This document shows, in pieces, positions 37,554 through 48,975 of a stretch of DNA of 64,000 bases. Source of the DNA: Paraspadella gotoi (Eukaryota; Animalia; Chaetognatha). Position 1 is the first letter of the stretch. Each line of letters starts with the position of its first letter. A program made the translations under genes and the position numbers. The stretch spans positions 92,389 through 156,388 of the forward strand of contig JBJCIZ010000207.1 in the NCBI GenBank assembly GCA_051294375.1, in the 5' to 3' direction. The notes beneath the pieces were generated by a model. That model was given only the letters and a program-made list of their open reading frames with translations. It was not told the origin of the DNA and ran no database searches.

Positions 37554-38899
37554 TACATAGCTACTAAAGGGGGTTATAGAAGTTACGGATAGTCATCTTC
37601 AGCCCACTTAGCGCCTTATCTACAGACCTATAAAAATATTTTAGTAAATTTATTTCTCAATTTTAGGTTTTATTAAAAGTTAGTTAGCTATATTTATTAA
37701 TAATTATGAATAAAAATTAGGCTAAAGTTAAAAAATAATAATTTAAAAATTTTTATCCCGGATTCGCATTCCTTGCAAAAAGTTGATATAAGAAAATATA
37801 ATTTTTATTGAAAAATTATGTCATTAAGTTAGTCAAAATTTAGAAAAACTATAATTTTAAGCCAAAAATGGTAAAATTAAATAAATATCATAGTTTTTAA
37901 CATTTTTAACCAACTTAATGAAAGATTTAGTTAAAATGGATTTTACTTTCTTATATCAACTTTTTGCAAGGAATTCAAATCCGGTTATAAAATTTCAAAA
38001 TATTTATTTTTTCACTTTAGCCTATTTTTGATTACTAATTATTAATAAATATAGCTAACAAGCTTTTAATAAAATATAAAATTTGTTAATAAACTTACCA
38101 AAATATTTTTATGTGTTTTTATTTTCATATTATATACACTAAATATGACTTTTATAAAATTTTAATAATTTTAGTTTTTCATACTCTACAATGGTTGCGC
38201 CATTTTAATAGCACCTTATATGCTTCAAAAATCACCATTGGCGACAAGGAAGATGAAACTATACAAACAAGTTTGAGCAAACAATGTCGGATCTGCCTAC
38301 GATAATTAATTAATAGTTTAATTAATTAATTAATAGATTAATTAATTAATTAATTTTAATAATTATTTATAATTTATATTCAGCTTGTCATCATCGATGT
38401 CCTTAAAATTGAGTCAGGACAGTTATTAAATGTTTTGTTTACATTTTATCAAAACAAACAAATATCCTCTATTATCAAGCCGGGCGGGCAAAGCCCGTCC
38501 TGGCTAGATTATGATTCGGTTTAGCTTTCGGTCACGCTTTTTTGCAATCATGGCTTCTGAAAGCGTGATATCATAGGGAGTTGAAATTTCATATATGGCT
38601 TCTAATCATCAAGATCAATATCAAATTCATATCAATATTCGTATTTGTTTGTTTTATTTACAAAACAAAAACGTTTTAATTATATGTCGCTCTCTCTCTC
38701 TCTCTCTTTCTTTTAAATATATGTCGCTCTCTCTCTCTCTTTTTCTCCGTCACTGCTTCTTCTGATTTGTCTAAAAACGAGTTCCGGCTCTGCAGCGTCT
38801 GTCCAGCTTCTTTCTCTCTCTCTCTCTCTTTTTTTTTTTTTTTTACAAAAAATTTTTTAGATATAATGTGGGCTCACTAATGTAAACGATGCCACGAAC

Positions 38900-38960
38900 A
38901 GTGTGCGAACCCGGGTCCTTTGGGTAAAGAAGAGCTCACGCTACGTCTGGCGCCATAGGT
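38900..38960 (-). mobile_element. Degenerate tRNA-derived SINE head
   Basis: Minus strand TGGCGCCAGACG (A-box) ... GGGTTCGCA (B-box-like). Confidence 0.45.
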
Positions 38961-39023
38961 ACTGCTGATTCTTTAATTATTATATATCGCTCTTTCTTTC
39001 TCTCTTTTTCTCTGCAGTGGCTG

Positions 39024-39054
<31 letters not shown>

Positions 39055-39603
39055 GTGTGTCTGTCCCTCTCTGTCCGATCTCTTGCGTTATCGTTTGTTT
39101 TTTGAAAAATTCTGATTATTTTTTTCCTTCTAAAAACTTTTTATTATTGCATTTATTCCCGCGTTTTTTTCAATACAAAATCCCATATTTTCATCCGAGA
39201 TTTTCGTGGATTTATTCTCTTTCTTTCTCTCTCTCTCTTTTCTTCTCTCTCTCTCTCTCTTTTCTCTCTCTCTCTCTCTTTCACTCATACACGCATTTGA
39301 TTGTTTTATTGATATCATCGCATCACATGAATGACAATCATCGCATCAGTGAATGACTATCATCAGAAGCAGTGAATGACTATCATCGCATCAATAATTG
39401 ATTATCATCGAATCAAAAAATCAATTCTATTACATCAATAAATTACTATTACATCAATCAATTAGTATTACCTCAATCAATTACTATTACATCAATAATC
39501 GTATACGCATGATTCATTCGTTTTTTTCCCGGGTTTTTCATTAATTTTCTTTGATAGTGGGCTCTGGCCGATCTTGAGTCTTTTAAGATTTTTTTATTTT
39601 ATG

Positions 39604-39643
<40 letters not shown>

Positions 39644-40481
39644 ACTCTCTCTCTTTCTCTCTCACTCTCTCTCTTTCTCTCCACTCTCTCTTTTTCTCTC
39701 TCTCTCTCTCTCTCATCTTTTTATGCAATACGACGATCCTTATGCTTTTAAGATTTTTTTTTAACTTGCATCATTTTTTCAACTTGCATAATTTTTCAAC
39801 TTGCATTCCGTCAAACTTTATTCTAGCTTCTTCACTCACTTTCCTACCGGCTCACAAAATTTCATCTCAATCTATCATGGGTTAAAATAAATAAAAGATT
39901 CAAGTAAATGTGACTCATATTATTTTCATTTAAACTCATTTCCACTGGTACGTTTCCACTGAAACTTTATATCAAGCTTCGTCACACATTTTCCTACCCA
40001 CACACAAATATTCAACTCAATCTATCCATCCAATTATGATTAATTAGAGTATTTATTGGTTAAAATAAGTAAAAAGATTTTAGTTAATTCGACTTATGTT
40101 TTTTTCATTTAACTAATTTCCACTCACACGATTCCATCGAAACTTTATATCCAGCTTTTATCACACACTTTCCTACCCACACACAAAATTTAATTTCAAT
40201 CCAACCAGTCAATCATGAGTTATTGGAGCTTTTTGCTAAGATGGACGGATGGACGATTGATTGACTAATTAATTAATTATTGATTAATTTATTTACTAAT
40301 TGATTAATAACTGATTAATTATTTAATTTATTAATACATCCTGCATATACATTTAATATAAAAGAAAAAGAAGCATAATCAATTAGTAAAACAGCGTTTT
40401 TGTTTTTTTCCATTTAAACTCATTTCCACTCAAACTATTCCATCGAAACTTGATTCCTGTTCAATCACACACTTTACCTAC

Positions 40482-41908
40482 AGTGGAGTTTCCTGATTAT
40501 TATTTAGTAAGAAAGTAAATAAAATCGCCGGCCGAATTCTTAAAAAATTCCAATGCCCGCTAAGAAATATTGCTCCCTCTGTTCAAACGCCGGTCGCAAA
40601 ACGTTACCTTATTTGGAAGTATTTTTAGAATTGTTTACTTTACAAATGTTAAACCAAATTTTCTCTCTCTCGCCGTATAAAAATGAATGCACTTTGTACA
40701 ATTAGCCATTCGATTCCATCGCTTTTCTGATTTTCAATAAATCGATTCATCTCATTTTGTTCGCCATTTTTATATCACACCATCACCATGATGCAGCGGT
40801 GGTCACCAATGGTGGGATTACACCTCCAAAGAAGATGCGTTTGAGAATGGCAAAAGATGAATATTTTGGCAGTGGGACTTTTTGAAGAAATGAGAAAACG
40901 TCATCGCAAAACGACATAAAAAACGGGTTGTTTTTTTTTTTTTTGTGTGTCACTGAGTGGATATGCGAAATTTGGAACTAACGTTTCCCTGCTCGTTAAA
41001 GTCTCTGCCAACTTGAAAACGACATCAAATTTTTGCGATGAAAGTTCGTCATCTATGGGCACGTCAGCGTCCGTTCTATGAGCAAGTTTTAGACGCCAAA
41101 AATGCCATGTGGATCGGCGATGGAGATGGGAGATGTTTAGACAGTGGATCATGTTTGCGTTTACGGCAACATGCACCAGTAGTCACTTGTACTGTACTGG
41201 AGAAATAGCCCTGGTTATGCCTCCTACGCCACCGAGGATCTGCGTCACGATGCTACGTCATCACTCTTTTCAAAGTCTAAATGTGTGCTCATCGTTTTGT
41301 GCTGTTCACTGTGTTCATGTGTGCTATCAACTTCATCACAAACTGGATGTCTTTCGTGATTCATAAATCAGAACTTCGTTAATTTGAATTTTCATGTGTG
41401 ATTTACCAACGCTACCGTATATTTTGCCTAAATTATTATTAAATTCATTTTGGTATTTTCGCATTATTTAGCTTTAACTGGCCAAAAAGAAGTTACTGTG
41501 ATTGTACTTTTATTTTATAAATTGCCGTTTTTTAATTTAATTTTATTTGCTTTAATTTGATAACTCATTTATTTGCTTTTCTTTGGTCGCGTGGCCGAGT
41601 GGAGTTCCTGATTATTATTATTAGTAAGAAAAGTAAATAAAATCGCCGGCGAAATTCTTTAAAATATCCAATGCCCACTAAGAAATATTTTGCTCCTCTG
41701 TTTCAAACGCCGGTCGCAAAACGTTACCTTATTTGGAAGTATTTTAGAATTGTGACTTTACAAATGTAAACCAAATTTTCTCTCTCTCGCCGTATAAAAA
41801 TGAATGCCACTTTGTACAATTAGCCAATTCGATTCCATTCGCTTTTCTGATTTCAATAAATCGATTCATCTCATTTTGTTCGCCATTTTTATCTCGACCA
41901 CCTCCACT
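40482..41908. mobile_element. 1.4-kb element with ~300-bp terminal direct repeats and AGT...ACT termini
   Basis: TSD CTAC at 40478-40481 and 41909-41912; termini AGTGGAG / CTCCACT; direct repeats ~40482-40785 and 41598-41908. It interrupts a host repeat that is contiguous in the copy at ~34570-34610. Confidence 0.75.
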
Positions 41909-42702
41909 CTACCCACATACAAAATTCCAGTCATCACCCATCCACTCATGAGCAATTGTGTTCAAATAGTGAATATATTTTTTTTTGTTTTTCCATTTAA
42001 ACTCATTTCCACTCGGCACGATTTCCATCGAAACTTCATATCCTGCTAATCACACACTTACCTATCACACAAAAATTTCATTTAAATCCATTCATCCAAC
42101 ACGAGTATTGGTGTTTTCTGCAAAGGTGGAGGCACGGACAGACAGACGGACAGACGGACATAATTTTTTTTCATAATTTATCATAATTCGATGTTCTGAC
42201 ATGATATAAGTTAGTGCCGACAATATTGAAGGGGGCGGACCGACGGACTGGACAAAGTGAATTATAGAGTCGGAATCTGCTGATAAGCAGATCCGACTAA
42301 AAAATGGTTATCATCGAATTCTTCAGACCTATTACATTAAAACAATAATGAATGAAATTTAAATATCTTAAATTATCTTTGAAACGCTCTAGTATACAGC
42401 CTAAGTTGTAGTTTATTCAAATAGCGATGTCGCCGGCGATTCACGCACGAGTCGCAGGTGTGGTACTTATTGGTTGGCGACTTCGCCATGGCAATATCGC
42501 CAGGGCTTTGGCGATGTCGCCAGTCCCCCACTGGCGACCTCGCCAGTGATAAAAGTAGCAATATAATGAAAAGCGCAGCTAACATGGGGATGAGCATCAC
42601 CTACAGGCTCCTCTCCCAACCCTAACCAAACCTCCGTTCAACTCTGTGCCTCTCCCACCCTAACTCGACTGGGCCTCCCTACATCTCCATGCCTCAACCC
42701 TA

Positions 42703-44610
42703 GACACATTTTTTTCCGCAACAAATGGTCATAGAAACTTCGGAAAACCACCATTCGATTCGAAATAAATTCTCTTTCTAAAATAATTCGCTTGACCCAG
42801 GCGAGTTGAAAGCAACTAGGTAACATACATCCAAATTGGAACTCTTTTCTCAGTTACAATATTTATTATTTTTCGATATAATTTAGTTAATTATTAAATT
42901 TCTGTGACTGATAGATAGTTATTCTTTGTTTAATTATTAAGAATAATCTTTTTTTACAGACAGTCCATTAATCCATGAACACTCGTTCTGCTACAGGGCC
43001 GAGTCTCTCTGTTTCCTGAATTGGTATTTGCAAGCGCTTAGCGAACTTTCGACCACCGCCGGCAGAACCACCAAAAGGGGCAGCAGTATGGAACGGTTCT
43101 TGACATTTTTTACACTCAGCCAAAAACACGAGATAAAAATAGACTGCTTATGTCGTAGCTCTAGAAATTAATTAACCTTTGTAAACTGGGTGACGCGCGA
43201 TCCTTTGCTCTACCTGAAAACAATTCGGAAGAACTAAGGAAGAACTAAGGAAAAAGATTACAATATCATATTTTAGTAGAATATGAGTAGAGTCAAATTA
43301 GATAAATAATTATGCACAAAATGCTTTGTAGTTGCAGATTTATTTAGATTTTAGAATAAATTATCATTATATTGCCAAAAGCACACTCATAATAAAATTA
43401 ATATGAAGTCAGTTGATCTCGTCTCTTTTTCTTCGGCAAGAAGCTCAACTTCACATGACAAAAAAGGCTAAGCTACGATACATCACGCTCGTTGGATGGG
43501 TAGTGCCTCTACATTCTCAAAATGCTGATTGTTGGTGATTCTTTCGTTTTGTAGTCACCAGCAGAAACATGGATGTCTTGGTGATGTCTTATTACATCTT
43601 GTACATTCAATTTTTATTAACTGGTTCTGCTGTCCATTCATGGCGGATGCTCCATTCCTTACTCTCTCCCTCATGAAGATCTAATGGCGTGGAGCGATCA
43701 AGGGATCGCGATGGGGCCCATGCTGGACTAAGAAAGATTGATTTACATTACCGAATATCTTTCTGGCCACTCGGTTATTCTCCACTCTGGCTTCAAAAAA
43801 TTCTCAAACTCAACTAGAAAACAGCAAAACAGCAAATTAGAAGATTACGTTTCGGCTGATTCATGGTTATTTTTTCAGGTTCATTTGCAATATTTTATCA
43901 ATAATTTTTATATTAATTATATCTAATTTCCAATGACTATTATAATTTATTACACAGCTTTGTCACTTTGAGCCATCTTTTTTGTCGAAACTGTGGAAGA
44001 TGTAATGATAAACGCCAACTACCACTCATGTCTGACAAGCTTGTGAAATGGATTTTCCCCACTCAATGATGCTGCGGGAGAGGTGTTTAAATTTGCAAGT
44101 GATTACAATGGTTCAATAACCCGTACATAAAATGCACATGAAGCAATGCTTCAGGGGTTGAAGAACATCGTCGATCTCACCTAAGCCAAACAAAGTGTCT
44201 TATGAACTTAAGTTTAAGATCAGTTAACAATAACAACGCAGAATTGTTTGCCCTCTTGCCCGTCACTTTCATGAGAGAAATAAATTGGTTTAAAAATATT
44301 AAAATTACACTTCCGGTATATTTTGCGTTCAATACTTTTTTATTAATTTTTAATAATTACAACTACATCGGAGTTTTACATTCATTTCAATCCATAATGA
44401 TTAAAAACATCACATAAGATCCCTTCAACCGTTTCAAAATATACGTAAATCAATGAATCTGACGCATGTGGAACTCGACGCCGCTGGGTCAAGCGAAATC
44501 TTTAAATAAGTTAATCATATAGCACATCATTTGAAAGAGAATTTTATTTTCGAATCGAGAATGGTAGTTTCCGAGTTTCTATGACCATTTGTTGCGGAAA
44601 AAAATGTGTC
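42703..44610 (+). mobile_element. 1.9-kb TA-flanked TIR DNA transposon, copy 1 (no intact transposase seen)
   Basis: TIRs GACACATTTTTTTCCGCAACAAATGGTCATAGAAAC.../...GTTTCTATGACCATTTGTTGCGGAAAAAAATGTGTC, flanked by TA on both sides. Confidence 0.8.
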
Positions 44611-46315
44611 TAGTACTTACCTAAAACTAAGAGGATAAGTTACCTATGATTCGTGAGTCGGTAACATTTAAATGATATTTTGTAAGTTTATAATTAGTTT
44701 TAATTTACTATTTTTAATAATTTTCTCTCTTGTTATATTTAGAAAATAGTCTCCCTTCTACTGCTTCACGTCTCACGCTCATGTTTATGTCTACTACAAT
44801 ATATATTACTAATTTATATACTTCGAATTTCTATAATGAAAAGCAAGTCAGAATACACTAGTAGGGGACCAACTAAGATTTGACTATTAGCAATGTTTCT
44901 TTAGTTGTCTTGACTAAATATTTAAGCAATCATTTTCAAAAAAAATTTATATTATACGTCTTTTGATTAATACATAAATGTTACTTATCTTTTTTCACAT
45001 ATAAAAAAATATTTTTTGAAATCTTAAAATTTTTTGATGAATTTTGAAAGAGCATAAAAAGTTAATACAAGAAATAATAATTACTGATTTTAAAAATTCT
45101 AACGTTTGTAAAGTGAAAATATAAAAAAACTGATAAAATCATCGAAAGATAATTATGATGACAATTTTTTTACAGTTTCTTTTTTTTGACTCCCTTATAA
45201 AAAATAATTATAAAAAATCTTAAAAGCATAGGATCGTCGCAATCGCATAAGAAAAATCTGGATTGACGACAAATTTTGGATACTAAATAAAATAAAATTG
45301 GAGAAAAAAAAAATAAGTTATAAACAGAAAGAAAAATTCTATTTTGCGATTGTAATTAAAAAGAAAGAATTAAAGTACCGAAAAAAATTAAAGTTACAGT
45401 TTCTGAAAAAAAAAAATACATTGTCAAAAAATAAACTGATCAGCAGACGCCAGTCCTGAGAAAAACGAAAATAAAAATATGAAAAATGCGATGCTAATTA
45501 CGAGTTCAATCCTAATTTTTTTAAATAAAAAAAGCAGAGAGAGAAAAAGAAGAGCCCTGCAGAAGCCAGCTGCAGACTCAGAGGCAGCAGAAGAAGCAGC
45601 AGAAAAAAAGAGAGAAAAAGAAAAAGCCCCTGCAGAAGCCAGCTGCAGATTTATTTTATTTTATTTTATTTTCCCGATGAATCAGACTGGGAAAAGAGAG
45701 AGCTACATATATTTAAAATAAAAAGAGAGAGAGAAGGAAACAAAAATAAAAGAGAAATTGTTTGTTTTTTATAAAACGTAAACAAAACATATTTAATAAC
45801 TGTCCAGACTCAATTTTAAGCACACGATGATGAGAGATGTATATAAATTTTCAGCTTCATACATTCAAATTTAATGATAAAAAGGCAATCTATAATTTGG
45901 AACGCGACAACGACGACGACGCCACTGATTTTCATTAATATCATAATTACTATTATATTAATATTTATTTGAATAAATTTTTATTAATTTTTTTAATAAT
46001 AATATTATTATTATATTGACTAAATTATATTTTGTTTATTAACTTATTTAATAATAATTTTTTTTTTATTTGGCTTACCTTTACCTATCTCATATTAAAC
46101 ATGGCCGAATCAGCCTGTTTTACTTAAATTTAAAGTTTTATTAAAACAACCTTTATAATACTTAGTAATAGAATGTTAATAAGTAATAACATATGAGATA
46201 TAACAAAATAAATTTTTATTTTTTGATAAAAATTTTTTTTAAAATTAATTCTTGAAAATTAAAAATATTATTAAAAAATATAATCTAAATTCAGGTAAAA
46301 AAGAAATATATATTA

Positions 46316-48225
46316 GACACATTTTTTTCCGCAACAAAATGGTCATGAGAACTTCGGAAAACCACCATTCGATTCGATAATAAATTCTCTTTCGATGATG
46401 TGCTAATGATTAACTTATTTAAAGATTCGCTTGAACCCAGCGGCATACGAAGTTCCACATGCGTTCAGATTCATTGATTTACGTATATTTTGAAACGAAG
46501 GGATCTTATGTGATGTTTTTAATCATTATGGATTGAAATGAATGTAATTTTAATATTTTTAAACCAATTTATCTCTCTCATGAAAGTGACGGAAGAGGCA
46601 AACAATTCTTGCGTTGTTATTGTTAACTGAATCTTTTAAAACTTGAAGTTCATAAGACACTTTGTTTGGCTACGGGTGAGATCGACGATGTTCTTCAACA
46701 CCTGAAGCATTGCTTCATGTTGCATTTTATTACGGGTTATTGAACCATTGTAATACACTTTGCAAATTTAACCACCCTTCCGCGCATCATTGAGTGGCGA
46801 AAATCCATTTACAAGCTTGCAGAATGAGTGGTAGTTGGCGTTATCATTACATTCTTCCACAGTTTCGACAAAAAAGATGGCTCAAAGTGACAAACCTGAT
46901 GTAATAAATTATAATGTCATTGAAATTAGATATAAATTAATCATAAAAATTATTGATAAAATATTGCAAATGGACCCTGAAAAAATAACCATGAATCAGC
47001 CGAAACGTAATCTTCTAATTGCTGGTTTTTCATATACGCATGGTATTTCCGGCTTTCCCATTTCTACTATGGACCTTTTCAGAGCTCAAGAGGGCTTCAC
47101 CATCGACATTCTAGTTGAGTTTGAGACTTTTTTGAAGCCAAAGCGAGAATACCGAGTGGCCAGAAAGATTGGTATGTAAATCATTCTTAGTCCAGCATGG
47201 GCCCCATCGCGATCCCTTGATCGCACGCATTAGATCTTCATGAAGGGAGAGAGTAAGGAATGGAGCATCCGCCATGAATGGGACAGCAGAACCGAGTAAT
47301 AAATTGAATGTACAAGATGTAATAAGACATCACCAAGAATCCATTTTCTGCTGGTGACTCAAAACGAAAGAATCACCAACGATCAGCGTTTTGAGAATGT
47401 AGATGCAGCTACTCCATCAACGAGCGTGAATGTATCGTGCTTAGCTTTTTGTCATAGAAGTTGAGCTTCTTTGCCAAGAAAAAGAGATGAGAATCAATGA
47501 TTCAATATTAATTTTATTATGAGTGCTTTTGGCAATATAAATGAATAATTGATTTTAAAATCTAAATAATCTGCAAACTACAAAGCATTTTGTGCATAAT
47601 TATTTATCTAATTTTACTATACTCATATTCCACTAAAAATATGACATTGTAATCTTTTTCCTTAGTTCTTCGAATTGTTTTCAGGTGAAGCAAAGGGATT
47701 CGCGCGTCCACCCAGTTTCCAAAGGTTAATTAATTCTAGAGCTACGACATAAGCAGTCTCATTTTTATCCTTTGGTTTTTTGGGCTGAGTGTAAAAAATT
47801 CAAAGAACCGTTCCAATACTGCTGCCCCTTTTGGTGGTTCTGCCGGCGGTGGTCGAAAGTTTGCTAAGCGCTTGCAAATTACCAAATTCGGGAAACAGAG
47901 GAAACTCGGTCCCTGTAGCAGAACGAGTGTTCATGATTAATGACTGTCTGTAAAAAAAGATTATTCTTATAAATTAAAACAAAGAATAACTATCTCAGTC
48001 ACAGAATTTAATAATTAACTAAATTATATCAAAAAAATAATAATATTGTAACTGAGAAAGAGTTCCAATTTGGATGTTGTTACCTAGTTGCTTTCAACTC
48101 CGCCTGGGTCAAGCGAAATATTTTTTTAGAAATTAATTAAATTATATACCAACAAAGAGAATTTTTTTCGAATCGAATGTGGTTTTCGAAGTTCTATGAC
48201 CATTTGTTTGCGGAAAAAATGTGTC
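46316..48225 (-). mobile_element. 1.9-kb TIR DNA transposon, copy 2 (inverted relative to copy 1)
   Basis: Full-length reverse complement of 42703-44610, with small indels and an extra ~80 bp at ~47030-47110. Confidence 0.8.
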
Positions 48226-48227
48226 CT

Positions 48228-48975
48228 ACTAAACCCTTAAACCCTAACCGCCTTTGTTTCATCAACCACGGGCCTCCCCCAACGCCAACCCTAACCAAGC
48301 CTTCTGTTCTACTCTGTGCCTCTCCCCTAACCCTAACCCAGGCCCGGCCTCCCATACATTTCCGTGCCTCAACGCCTAACCTAACCGCCTTCGATGCATC
48401 AACCATGGGTCCCTCCCCAACCCTAACCTAAACCAAGCCTCCCAGTTCTATCCATGCCTCTTCCCCTAACCTAACCCTAGGCCGGCCTCCGTACATCTCC
48501 GTACCTCAACCCTAATCCTAACCGCTTTGAGCATCACCAGGGTCCCTCCCCCAACCCTAACCCTAAACCAAGCCTCCGTTCAACTCCATGCCTCTACCCT
48601 AACCTAACCAGGCCCGGCCTCCCCGTACATCTCCGTACCTAAACCCTAACCCTAATCGCCTTGATATATAAACCCACGGGCCTCTCTCCCAACCCTAACC
48701 CTAACCGGGCCAGGCCTCCCGTACATCTCCGTGCCTCAACCCTAATCCCTAATGTCCCTCGCAGTACCTTCCTAAGCCTAACCTAACGCGGGCCTCTTGG
48801 TCATCAACAACACCCTCCCTACCCCTATCCCTAAAATTGACATTAATATAAGCCTAAATAAACTTAACTCAACCCTAACCCTAAACTACTCAACCCTAAC
48901 CTAACTACTCAAAACCCTAACCCTAACTACTACCAACTCAACCCTAACCCTAAACCAACTCAACCCTAACCCTAA
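48228..48975. repeat. Degenerate telomere-like (CCCTAA)n-containing satellite
   Basis: AACCCTAACCCTAA interleaved with higher-order spacer units such as CCGTACATCTCCGTACCTC. Confidence 0.85.

Larger units (their letters stand above)
37087..37624 (+). mobile_element. Non-coding mini LTR retroelement (TRIM / retrozyme-like), 538 bp
   Basis: 4-bp TSD GACC at 37083-37086 and 37625-37628. LTRs TGTAG...CTACA at 37087-37175 and 37297-37624; PBS-like TGGTGAGCCC at 37177; PPT-like GGGGGG just before the second TGTAG; 121-bp internal region. Confidence 0.88.
36901..38302. mobile_element. Foldback MITE (~860 bp without the nested insert), TA-flanked
   Basis: TIRs TCGTAGGCAGATCGACATTGTTTGCTCAAACTTG / CAAGTTTGAGCAAACAATGTCGGATCTGCCTACGA. 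The interior 37630-38115 is itself an imperfect palindrome. Confidence 0.8.

Noticed and set aside
48228-48975. True telomere or chromosome-fusion site
   Set aside because: The CCCTAA units are interleaved with complex spacers and enclosed by TIRs, and the same family recurs at 16300-16680.
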